Positions 19,460 through 28,008 of a stretch of 64,000 nucleotides of DNA are shown here, piece by piece. The position numbers and the translations under genes are program-made. Where the stretch lies: positions 256,001 through 320,000 of the forward strand of contig CAWBNQ010000005.1 of the NCBI GenBank assembly GCA_963790205.1, given 5' to 3'. This DNA is from Nitrospirota bacterium (lineage in GTDB: Bacteria; Nitrospirota; UBA9217). Each line of letters begins with the position of its first letter. Position 1 is the stretch's first letter. The notes under the pieces were generated by a model, which was not told where the DNA came from, made no database searches, and saw only the letters and a program-made list of their open reading frames with translations.

Positions 19460-21492
19460 GCCGATGCCTGCCCCTGCCGGTCCTCGTCCACGGCCTTTCT
19501 CGCGACGGCGAGCACATCCAGAATCATGACTATCTGCCCGTTGCCGAGGAGCGCCGCGCCGGCGACGAGCCTGCTCCGCATAGAGAGGTCGTCGATCGCT
19601 TTGATGACCAGTTCCTGCTGCCCAACGAGCCGGTCCACGAGCAGCCCGATTGTCCTGCCGCCCGCTTCAACGACCAGCACGAACTTCTTCCCCTTGCCGC
19701 CGGCGCCCAGCTGGAACAGCTCCTGCACTGAAATAACCGAAATAATCTCGTCCCGAAGCAGGAGCGTTCTTCTTCCGTTTACGGTGACCAGCGCGTCGGT
19801 CGTCACTTTCGCCACCTCGGCAATGACCGAGACCGGCAGCGCGTAGAGCTGTTCGCCGGCCTCGAAGAGGAGGGCCTTGATCACCGCAAGGGTCAGCGGC
19901 AGCCGCAGCCGCATGGTCGTGCCTTTTCCCGGCATCGAGTGGATCTCGACGGTCCCCCGCATATCTTCCACAGCGGATTTTACCGCATCCATGCCGACAC
20001 CTCTTCCCGAGGTGCCGGTCACCTCGTCCGCCGTGCTCAGGCCGCACAGAAAAATGAGGTTCATTGCCTCTGAGTCGGACATGGCCGCGGCCTCTTCCCG
20101 GTCAATAAGTTCCTTCTCTATTGCCTTCTGTTTGAGCTTCCCGATATCGATTCCCGCGCCGTCGTCGGAAGCTTCGATCACGATCATGGATGCTTCATGA
20201 TAGGCCTTGAACGTGATGACGCCCTCCGCGGGTTTGCCCCGAGTGGTCCGCTCGGCGGGCCCTTCGATCCCGTGGTCGATCATGTTCCGGACGATGTGCG
20301 CAAGGGGTTCTCCGAGGCCGTCGACAATCCCCTTGTCCAGTTCCGTTTCTTTGCCGATGATTTCCAGCCTGACCGGTTTCTTCTTCTCCGCCGAAAGGTC
20401 GCGGACCATCTTCGAGAACTTTCTGAATACCTGGTTTACGGGCACCATGCGCATTTTCATGACGCTCTTTTGAAGGTCCGAGATTGTCCGTTCGAGGTGC
20501 GCATGCGCGGCCAGGAGGCGCGACGCCCCGTCGCCCGTAAAGGTCCCGGACGCCATTTCCCGGGCCATCTGCCCGATCATGGAACGGCCGATGATAAGCT
20601 CGCCCGTGAGGTTCATGATCCGGTCCACACGTAAGGTTTCTATTCGGAGAAACTCGCCCCCGGTGGAAGGCGCCGCGGGCGGGCCGAGTTTCAACGCGAG
20701 GGGGGAGAACGGCGCTGCGTCGCCTCCCTCGGGCCGCAGTTCACACGCCGCGCACTCATGCACGCGTACGACGATCTCGCCCGTCATTCCGGCGATTGTC
20801 GTCCCGCGCCGGACCGCGTCGCCGTCTCGATCGGTTGCAAACACGACCGTCATCTTTTGCGCTCTATCTATCTCCTCGCTCTCCACGTCCGGCGAGGCAT
20901 AAATAATCCGACCCATGCCGGCAAGCTGCTGCGCGACCATGCGGGCGGCAACGCTTTTCTCTCCGCACGCGGGATGAAACACAATTTCCAGGTCGTACAC
21001 GAAGAACCCCTTTTGCGCGGCCTCCTGCGCCTGGAGCTCCCCGTATTCGGAAAGGGCAGGAGAAGCAACCGGGGATGCTCCGATTTTATTGACGAGGAAA
21101 CGATCGATTTTGTCGATCATCTCCCCAGCATCCGCGGATTCCCCCGCCTCGCTCTTCGTGAGAAGCGCGTGGACGGCGTCGACGCAGGACAGAAAGAGGT
21201 CGACCGTATCACGGGTGTCATGGGAAGAATCGCCGGGTTCCTCGATAGACGGAACAACATCTTCCATCCGGTGGCAGAGCGCCCCGACGGAAGTAAGACC
21301 CACCGAGTTGGAATCTCCCTTGAGCGTATGGATGTACCGTTTGATCGCCGTGAGGCGGTCGTGATCGGGGGCGTCTTCAAACGCCAACAGCTCGTCCTGG
21401 AGTCTCTCGACGAGCTCATACGCGCCCGCAAAAAAAACTTTTTTCAGCTCCGTCAGTTCGGCGCCGCTCCATTGTTCTATCTTGTTCGTCAT
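19456..21492 (-). CDS. cheA: chemotaxis histidine kinase CheA
   Basis: HTLKG Hpt, RNMIDHGIE, SGRGVGMD, CheW domain. Confidence 0.96.
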   Translation of the reverse strand: MTNKIEQWSGAELTELKKVFFAGAYELVERLQDELLAFEDAPDHDRLTAIKRYIHTLKGDSNSVGLTSVGALCHRMEDVVPSIEEPGDSSHDTRDTVDLFLSCVDAVHALLTKSEAGESADAGEMIDKIDRFLVNKIGASPVASPALSEYGELQAQEAAQKGFFVYDLEIVFHPACGEKSVAARMVAQQLAGMGRIIYASPDVESEEIDRAQKMTVVFATDRDGDAVRRGTTIAGMTGEIVVRVHECAACELRPEGGDAAPFSPLALKLGPPAAPSTGGEFLRIETLRVDRIMNLTGELIIGRSMIGQMAREMASGTFTGDGASRLLAAHAHLERTISDLQKSVMKMRMVPVNQVFRKFSKMVRDLSAEKKKPVRLEIIGKETELDKGIVDGLGEPLAHIVRNMIDHGIEGPAERTTRGKPAEGVITFKAYHEASMIVIEASDDGAGIDIGKLKQKAIEKELIDREEAAAMSDSEAMNLIFLCGLSTADEVTGTSGRGVGMDAVKSAVEDMRGTVEIHSMPGKGTTMRLRLPLTLAVIKALLFEAGEQLYALPVSVIAEVAKVTTDALVTVNGRRTLLLRDEIISVISVQELFQLGAGGKGKKFVLVVEAGGRTIGLLVDRLVGQQELVIKAIDDLSMRSRLVAGAALLGNGQIVMILDVLAVARKAVDEDRQGQASA

Positions 21493-21863
21493 GCCGAGGC
21501 CCTGTTGCGCCGCGCTTCATAGCGCTGGATTTCCGCCTTAAGCTGCGCGAGCTCAAAGGGTTTGGTTAGGCATCGGATGGCACCGGCCCTGACGGATTCG
21601 GCCATCTCGCCGCTTCCGGCGTTTCCGGAATAGGTGATGGCCGGCACGTCCGGGTCGATCTTTTTTATGATCCTGAGAGCGTTGATGCCGTCAAGTTTCG
21701 GCATTTTGATATCAAGGATAACAAAGTCATGCCTGTTGTCGATAAATCTCAAGACCGCCTCGACGCCGTCGACTGCCATGTCTATGGTGTAGCCGCTTTC
21801 TCTCAACTCGCCAGCAAGCACGCGGCCGAAGTTCTTATCGTCTTCCACAACCAGTATTTTCAT
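21489..21863 (-). CDS. single-domain response regulator
   Basis: MKILVVEDD, LDIKMP, KPF; GGAGG SD overlapping cheR end. Confidence 0.9.
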   Translation of the reverse strand: MKILVVEDDKNFGRVLAGELRESGYTIDMAVDGVEAVLRFIDNRHDFVILDIKMPKLDGINALRIIKKIDPDVPAITYSGNAGSGEMAESVRAGAIRCLTKPFELAQLKAEIQRYEARRNRASA

Positions 21864-22690
21864 AATTCCTCCGCGGCGGGTTTTTTGTACGCCGTGCCTC
21901 CCTTGTGGTAGATAAATCGAAAGCCCGTGTTCCATCCCTGGAAGCTCTCGGCGTGGCCGATGACAAGATAGCCGCCGGGGTTCAGGCTCTGATAAAATTT
22001 TGCGGCAAGCCGCTTCTGCTCTTCCATGTCGAAATAGATCATGACGTTCCGGCAGAAGATCACGTCGAGGTCCCTGAGGCCGTTGTCGTTCTTGAGGTTA
22101 TGGTAGTCGAAGACGACCATGTTCCGGATTTCGTCCTTCACCAGGGTCATGTCGCCGTTCTTCGAGAAATATCGCGCGATATATGCGTCGTCAACGGTTG
22201 CCATGACCTTATCCAGCGCATATTCGGCCTTGTTCGCCGTCTGGAGCGCCTTCAGGCTCAGATCGGAGGCGAAAATCTTCACGTCACACGCCGGCCGGCC
22301 CTGCAACTCCTGGTGGACGAGCATGGAGATAGTGTACGGCTCCTCCCCCGTGGAACAGCCCGCGGACCAGATTCTGAGCCGCTTCGCGGGATCGGACAGT
22401 TTCTTCGAAAGAATATCACGGAGGACAACCTCACGGAAGAGTTCGAGCTGGGGCCGGTTCCGGAAGAATGAGGTCTCGTTCACGGTCATCGTGTCCAGAA
22501 GCTTGATAAGCTCCTGGCTTCGCTGCTCCGTCACCAGCTTGTAATACCAGTACGGGCTTTGGGTCTTGGTCTCGTTCATCCTCTTGAAGACTCGATTTTC
22601 CAGGAAATCTTTCTTCGTCTCCTTGAAGTAGATGCCCGATTCCTGATAGATGAGGTTCCTGAAGAGCCGGAACTCTTCTTCCGTCAGCAT
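21860..22690 (-). CDS. cheR: chemotaxis methyltransferase CheR
   Basis: NETSFFR, WSAGCSTGEEPY, CRNVMIYF. Confidence 0.96.
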   Translation of the reverse strand: MLTEEEFRLFRNLIYQESGIYFKETKKDFLENRVFKRMNETKTQSPYWYYKLVTEQRSQELIKLLDTMTVNETSFFRNRPQLELFREVVLRDILSKKLSDPAKRLRIWSAGCSTGEEPYTISMLVHQELQGRPACDVKIFASDLSLKALQTANKAEYALDKVMATVDDAYIARYFSKNGDMTLVKDEIRNMVVFDYHNLKNDNGLRDLDVIFCRNVMIYFDMEEQKRLAAKFYQSLNPGGYLVIGHAESFQGWNTGFRFIYHKGGTAYKKPAAEEL

Positions 22691-24744
22691 TATGCCACCT
22701 CAACCTGCCGCGGGGCCCCCAGCGCCTTCCGGTCAGCCTTCGTCACGGCCGCACGCGCTGCTGCCCGTTTGACAAGCGGTGCTTCATCCATATACGTGTG
22801 GTCGTCTAGCTTAAACTTGGCGATGACTTGCTGGAACCGCTCGGCCTGGGAATTAAGCTCTTCGGCTGAGGACGCGAGCTCTGTGGTTGCAGATGCGTTC
22901 TGCTGGATCATCTCCCGCATCTTCTCCATCGTCTTCACGGTCTGCTCGGCCGCGGCCGCCTGTTCGTGCGTGGCCGAGGTGATCTCCTGCGTGATCTCGC
23001 GCAGTTCTTCCGCCGCCTTGCCGATCTGGGCGCTCCCGCTGGACTGCTCCTGCGTGGCCGCGCCGATCTCCTTTGTATAACGGTCCACTTCGCCCACGTT
23101 CCCTTCGATGTCCTTTAACGAGCCGCCAACCTGTTGATTCAGCTCCACACCGCGGCCAACCAGCTCTGTGGATTTCTCCATCTGTCGCACTGCTTCCTGG
23201 GCTTCCTTCTGTATGCCGGTGATCAGCTCCGATATTTCCTTTGTGGATTGGGCCGATCGCTCGGCAAGCTTCCGGACCTCCTCGGCCACCACCGCAAAGC
23301 CCATGCCCTGTTCGCCGGCCCGGGCAGCCTCGATGGCCGCGTTCAAGGCGAGAAGGTTGGTCTGCTCGGCGATGTCGTCGATGACATCCACGATCTTACC
23401 GATGTCCTCGGACCGCGAGCCGAGCGCCGCTATCGTATCTGCTGACCTGGTTATGGACCGGTTGATCTCATCGGAACCTTTGAGCGATTTGTCCATTGCA
23501 TCGAGACCCTGGCCGACTGCCTGTTTCGTCTTGACCGACAGCGCCATGAGCTGCTGCGAGGTCTCCGCGATCCGCTGAATGGACGCCACCATCTGTTCGA
23601 TAGACGACGAGGTTTGCGTGACCGACGACGCCTGCGACTGCGTGCTCTTCGCCACATTCTGGATGTTAGCCGACATCTCGTGCATGGTGGAAGTGGTCTC
23701 CTCCACTGCCGTGGCCGAGCTGTCGTTGTTCCGCGCCGACTGCTCGGCCGTGGACGCGATCTGGGCCGAGGCCGAGGCGATCTGATCGGCACCCCCCCTG
23801 ATTTCTCCGATCGTCGCCCGCAGCCCGATGATCATCTTCTTGAAGGCATTGCCGAGCACATCCTTTCCCGACTTGGGTTCGATATCGCTCCGGAGGTCGC
23901 CGTCGGCAATCTCCTCGGCGGTTTTCGCCACCGACCGTAAATAAGCCATCATCTGGCGAAACGTCTCGGCCAGAGTTCCGATCTCGTCCGTGCTGTGGAT
24001 CGCGATCTCATGGGAGAGGTCTCCTTTTGCGGTTGCGTCAGCAACGTTCACAATGTCTTTGAGCGGCGTCGTTATGGCGCGAATGATGATCCATGCTATA
24101 AAGACCGCAAGCCCGATACCGCCCAGGATGATGAGCACAGAGTTTCGGAGGACGGTTGCAAACGCTTCCGCCGATTTTTTCGTTACTTCTGCGAACATCA
24201 CTGATTCCTGCTTCCGCGTGTTCTCGGCTACCAAGTCGATAAGTTCCGTCGGTTCCCGGTCGATTCCCCTCACCTTGGCGTCCACAACGCGGAAGCTCTG
24301 CATATTGCCTGAACGATAGCTATTCAGCGCCTCGTGGTATTTCTCACCCAACAGAGCGTGAGTTTTCAAAAAATCATCCAGTTTAGCCGTGTCGATGTTG
24401 AGCTTTGCCAGAGATTCCATCAGGTCTTTCCCGCGAGACTGCACCTCGGCTTCCTTTTTCAGGAAATTATCATGGTACTTTGCAAACAGCGCGGGATCGT
24501 TGCCCCGCAGGAGTGTGTCTTTCCACTCCTGCACCTGTTTCTTGAACGCGATTTCGAGGTCGTCGGCATCGCCGGCGGTCCGCGTAAAGGCTTTGGCCAG
24601 TTCCAAGTTCGAATTCAGAAGCTTATTCGTCTCTGAAACGTTGTGGAGGAGATAGCTCCCGGTGACCACGATCAAGAGGGTCATCAGGCCGGTCAAAACC
24701 GCCAACTTTCCCCCGATCTTCATGTTTTTGAATAGCTCTTTCAT
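22690..24744 (-). CDS. methyl-accepting chemotaxis protein
   Basis: Two TM helices, HAMP, IAEQTNLLALNAAIEAARAGEQGMGFAVVAEEVRKLA; AAGGAG SD. Confidence 0.96.
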   Translation of the reverse strand: MKELFKNMKIGGKLAVLTGLMTLLIVVTGSYLLHNVSETNKLLNSNLELAKAFTRTAGDADDLEIAFKKQVQEWKDTLLRGNDPALFAKYHDNFLKKEAEVQSRGKDLMESLAKLNIDTAKLDDFLKTHALLGEKYHEALNSYRSGNMQSFRVVDAKVRGIDREPTELIDLVAENTRKQESVMFAEVTKKSAEAFATVLRNSVLIILGGIGLAVFIAWIIIRAITTPLKDIVNVADATAKGDLSHEIAIHSTDEIGTLAETFRQMMAYLRSVAKTAEEIADGDLRSDIEPKSGKDVLGNAFKKMIIGLRATIGEIRGGADQIASASAQIASTAEQSARNNDSSATAVEETTSTMHEMSANIQNVAKSTQSQASSVTQTSSSIEQMVASIQRIAETSQQLMALSVKTKQAVGQGLDAMDKSLKGSDEINRSITRSADTIAALGSRSEDIGKIVDVIDDIAEQTNLLALNAAIEAARAGEQGMGFAVVAEEVRKLAERSAQSTKEISELITGIQKEAQEAVRQMEKSTELVGRGVELNQQVGGSLKDIEGNVGEVDRYTKEIGAATQEQSSGSAQIGKAAEELREITQEITSATHEQAAAAEQTVKTMEKMREMIQQNASATTELASSAEELNSQAERFQQVIAKFKLDDHTYMDEAPLVKRAAARAAVTKADRKALGAPRQVEVA

Positions 24745-24800
24745 GATATTTTCTCCTTGTATGTTATAATTAACGTCTGTCCGTCCCTTACCCGTTTGCT

Positions 24801-25283
24801 TCATGCGGCGGCGGGATTCGTTGCTTGCTCCACGGTAGAAACGACTTTCTTCATCTCTTCGATGCTCAGTATTTTTTTTATGTCCAGAAAGATGAGCAGC
24901 CGTTCTCCCGCTTTTGCCACACCAGTGATGTATTCGATGCCCACGGCGGCGATCATCTCAGGCGGCGGTTCCACGGCCTCGGCGGGGAGCTTACGGACTT
25001 CGGAGACCGCGTCCACCAACAGCCCGATGACACGCCCCCCGTTCTCCGCGACAAGCACCCGCGAGGACTTCGTCCGTTCCGCGCTCGGCAAACGCAGCCG
25101 CTTCCGCAGATCGACGAGCGGCACGATCTTCCCCCTAAGGTTGATCACCCCCTCGAAAAAGTCGGGGGCGTCCGGAACGCTCGTCACCTCGGGCACCTTT
25201 ACGATCTCCTGGACCACGTCAATGGGCACGCTGTAAAACTCCTTGCTGATGCAAAACACCACTACCTGAATATTCTTGGCCAT
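24801..25283 (-). CDS. cheW: chemotaxis adaptor CheW
   Basis: VQEI, GVINLRGKIVPLVDL, GLLVDAV. Confidence 0.95.
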   Translation of the reverse strand: MAKNIQVVVFCISKEFYSVPIDVVQEIVKVPEVTSVPDAPDFFEGVINLRGKIVPLVDLRKRLRLPSAERTKSSRVLVAENGGRVIGLLVDAVSEVRKLPAEAVEPPPEMIAAVGIEYITGVAKAGERLLIFLDIKKILSIEEMKKVVSTVEQATNPAAA

Positions 25284-25359
25284 TTGGTATCTCCAGTTTA
25301 TAAAGCCCTAACTTATCAACAGGGGGGCCAAATCGTTAGCTGGTCCTGTGCTTGACTCC

Positions 25360-25677
25360 TTACCTCGCCTTTTCCAATGTTTTCTCCACTCCGAGTCGTG
25401 TGTGCGAAAATCCGAGCGGGGACGATTCTTGTTCTCTTTTCACGAGGTTCATAAAATCGCATCTCCAGCAGTTGAGAAGCTTCTGCGCGTATGTTCCCTG
25501 GACTTTCCCGCCACAGAGAGATCCTGCTACGACCCAGCATGCCCTTCCAGCTTTTTTCCCATCATGGGCGCCCTCGAACTCTTCATATTCGGAAACCGGG
25601 CACACTCCGAGTTCCTGCGCTTTCCGCCCTCCGGGCTCCCTTCCACAGCTTTTATATTCCCAGCAATTCTTCTTCAC
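25360..25677 (-). CDS. two-CW domain protein
   Basis: NCWEYKSCGREPGG..LGVCP...GRACW.VAGSLC...C..CDF. Confidence 0.85.
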   Translation of the reverse strand: MKKNCWEYKSCGREPGGRKAQELGVCPVSEYEEFEGAHDGKKAGRACWVVAGSLCGGKVQGTYAQKLLNCWRCDFMNLVKREQESSPLGFSHTRLGVEKTLEKAR

Positions 25678-25801
25678 CGTAAATAACCTCCTCGAGATAA
25701 TTTATTGTTTATCCATGAGCCTTGCTCCACGCCGATGTTATCATCAGGAGAATAATAATTCCAAGCTACGCTTTGAATATTCTTAACCGTTTGGCCTGCG
25801 G

Positions 25802-26209
25802 TCACTGAGGTTTTGTCTTGAGGAACGCGCCGAGCCGCGTGTCCACCTCGCGGATGTGATGCACGAACCAGCGCACCACGAGCTGATTCGTTGCAATTAC
25901 CGTATGGACGCCCGCGCCTTCGGCTTCTATTCTTTTTTTCAGGTCCGCGAATTTTCTTTTGAAATCCTCGTGCTGCGCCTTATGGGCTTCGTATTCGGGG
26001 TAACCGTACTGAATCATGCATTTCTCTTCCGCACGGAAATGGGTCATAACGTAATCTTCCAAAAACACCACGACGTTGCCCATCTCCTGCTTTCCCTTGC
26101 CTTCCTTGCACGCGTCCAGCATGCCGTTGATCCTGGCGAAGATAGTTTTGTGCTGATCATCTATTTCGTTCGATCCCGTCGATAAATCCGTTGTCCATTG
26201 TATTGCCAT
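25802..26209 (-). CDS. bacteriohemerythrin
   Basis: IDDQH, HF..EE, H...H, HI...D iron ligands. Confidence 0.93.
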   Translation of the reverse strand: MAIQWTTDLSTGSNEIDDQHKTIFARINGMLDACKEGKGKQEMGNVVVFLEDYVMTHFRAEEKCMIQYGYPEYEAHKAQHEDFKRKFADLKKRIEAEGAGVHTVIATNQLVVRWFVHHIREVDTRLGAFLKTKPQ

Positions 26210-26229
26210 ATGTGTCTCCTTAGTCTTCT

Positions 26230-26646
26230 TCAATCGCTTATGCCGGGTTCCGTATGCTGTTTCGCCGCCCCATCGAGCGCCGCCGCTACGGCCCGTCTCA
26301 ATTCGTTCACGCCGACCGGCTTTAACATATACTCCACGATCCCAAGGCTGAGCGCCTTCTGATAGATCTCGCTTCTTATGTCAATGGAACACATAATCAC
26401 CGGGACCGTCGGGGCATGCTTCTTCAGTTGTGTGACGAGTTCCAAACCGTTCATGCCGGGCATGCGGTAATCAGTGATTATCACGTCCGCGTTGATCCCC
26501 TCGTGGATCGCAATCAGGGCGGACTGTCCATCCCGGCAGGTAATAACCGTATAGTCTGACGTGTTCAATATCTCTTCATAACACTGCAAGATAATAGGAT
26601 TGTCATCCACGACAAGTACGGTCTTCAATGAATCGGCCCTCCACAA
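26230..26646 (-). CDS. single-domain response regulator (start uncertain)
   Basis: VLVVDD, TDYRMP, LKP. Confidence 0.85.
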   Translation of the reverse strand: MWRADSLKTVLVVDDNPIILQCYEEILNTSDYTVITCRDGQSALIAIHEGINADVIITDYRMPGMNGLELVTQLKKHAPTVPVIMCSIDIRSEIYQKALSLGIVEYMLKPVGVNELRRAVAAALDGAAKQHTEPGISD

Positions 26647-26711
26647 AATATAAAGTCGTATCGGTCCATCCTGATAAATGCCCCGCTACGATACTGCTGC
26701 GGATTTCTAAA

Positions 26712-26817
26712 GCAACCGCGATGCCAGAACGGAACCCATTAATTTATAAGGGATAAAATCCTTGGGAAGATGGATTTGCAGGTTAATCTTACCGATGGAA
26801 AGATAAATTTTACCGAT
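26712..26817 (-). promoter_or_regulatory. sigma54 promoter plus tandem upstream activator sites, copy A (drives che cluster)
   Basis: Minus strand TGGCAT-CGCGG-TTGC at 26726-26712; ggttaatcttacc / gataaattttacc sites at 26781-26814. Confidence 0.8.
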
Positions 26818-27016
26818 TAGGAACAGATTGACGCATACTTCAATCGGCCAAAATGAATGAGGCGAGAGAGCCCTGGGGTCGCTCAGATCACAGTGTAAAT
26901 CTTCTGCATATCAATGTGGCAGATACGGCTTCCGATCTTAAGAAAAACCGCCGTAGTTCTGGCACAGCGTAATGATGACGCTGTTGCAAACTGTCGAACG
27001 TCATAATTGTCGCCCG

Positions 27017-27511
27017 TTATTGTGCTATCATAAATGCCTGATTCTTGGCTTTGCAGACCGGGCACCCATGCGGTGCTTCTCCCTCGATTGTATAACCGCA
27101 GAATTGGCAGACATAATAGTCGGCATCATTGTTTGAGCCCAGTTCCTCAAGCGCCTTCTTATACAGCGCCGCATGGATCTTTTCCACTTCGTTCGCGTAG
27201 CTGAAAGATCTTAGGGCGTTGTCGTACCCCTCTGACTCGGCGTCGGAGATCATGTGGGGATACATCATTTTGAACTCGATGATTTCTCCGTTGATAGCGG
27301 CCTGCAGATTGTCCATTGTTGAATTAATGCCGCCGAGCTCCTTCAGGTGATTGTGGGCATGAATGGTCTCGGCAGCGGCCACTGCCTTGAAGAGCTTGGC
27401 AACCTGTCTGAAACCTTCCGCCTCGGCCCTTTTCGCAAAGGACAGGTATTTCCTGTTTGCCTGGGATTCGCCGGCAAAAGCGTCCTGTAGATTTCGCTCT
27501 GTTTTCGACAT
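27017..27511 (-). CDS. rbr: rubrerythrin
   Basis: NL..AFAGESQA..KY, ETIHA, EKIH, C-terminal CQFCG/CPVC. Confidence 0.93.
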   Translation of the reverse strand: MSKTERNLQDAFAGESQANRKYLSFAKRAEAEGFRQVAKLFKAVAAAETIHAHNHLKELGGINSTMDNLQAAINGEIIEFKMMYPHMISDAESEGYDNALRSFSYANEVEKIHAALYKKALEELGSNNDADYYVCQFCGYTIEGEAPHGCPVCKAKNQAFMIAQ

Positions 27512-27563
27512 CAGTATGAATCTCCTTTCTCTCCACGTACGCTGTTCAGAAACCGTTCCGCAA

Positions 27564-27692
27564 TTACTGTGCAAAGCCAGTCGGTTCTGGGCTGTTCTCT
27601 AAGGAGGAAGCGGCGACCATCCTGTTTTTCCCCTCCCGCTTCGCCAGGTACAGCGCATCGTCGGCCACCTTGAGATAAATATAGGTTCTCAT
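27564..27692 (-). pseudogene. mini-ORF carrying only the C-terminal helix of a GGDEF protein
   Basis: MRTYIYLKVADDALYLAKREGKNR...; 42 aa. Confidence 0.7.
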
Positions 27693-27784
27693 ATGGTCTT
27701 CAATGCGTCTGCCCTCAAAAAATCATTAAACCTTATCGCTCCGACCAGGTCGTTTCTCAGTTCATTCTTTTACGGATTTATATC

Positions 27785-27890
27785 GCAAGAGCTGTGCCAG
27801 AATGGAACATTTTGATTTTCAGTGAGATTGGGACTTGAGAAGACGCATTCGCAGGTTGGTCTTACCGATGGGAAGGTAATTTGTACCGAT
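27785..27890 (-). promoter_or_regulatory. sigma54 promoter plus tandem upstream activator sites, copy B (drives rbr)
   Basis: Minus strand TGGCAC-AGCTC-TTGC at 27799-27785; ggttggtcttacc / ggtaatttgtacc at 27854-27887; same spacing as copy A. Confidence 0.85.
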
Positions 27891-28008
27891 AAAAATAAAC
27901 TCTAAATTCAAAATCCAAAACTCTAAACAATGTCGAATGGGCAAAATTCGAAAATTAGGTCATTTGAATTTTAAATTTATTTAGGATTTCGCGCTTCAAG
28001 CTTAGAAC

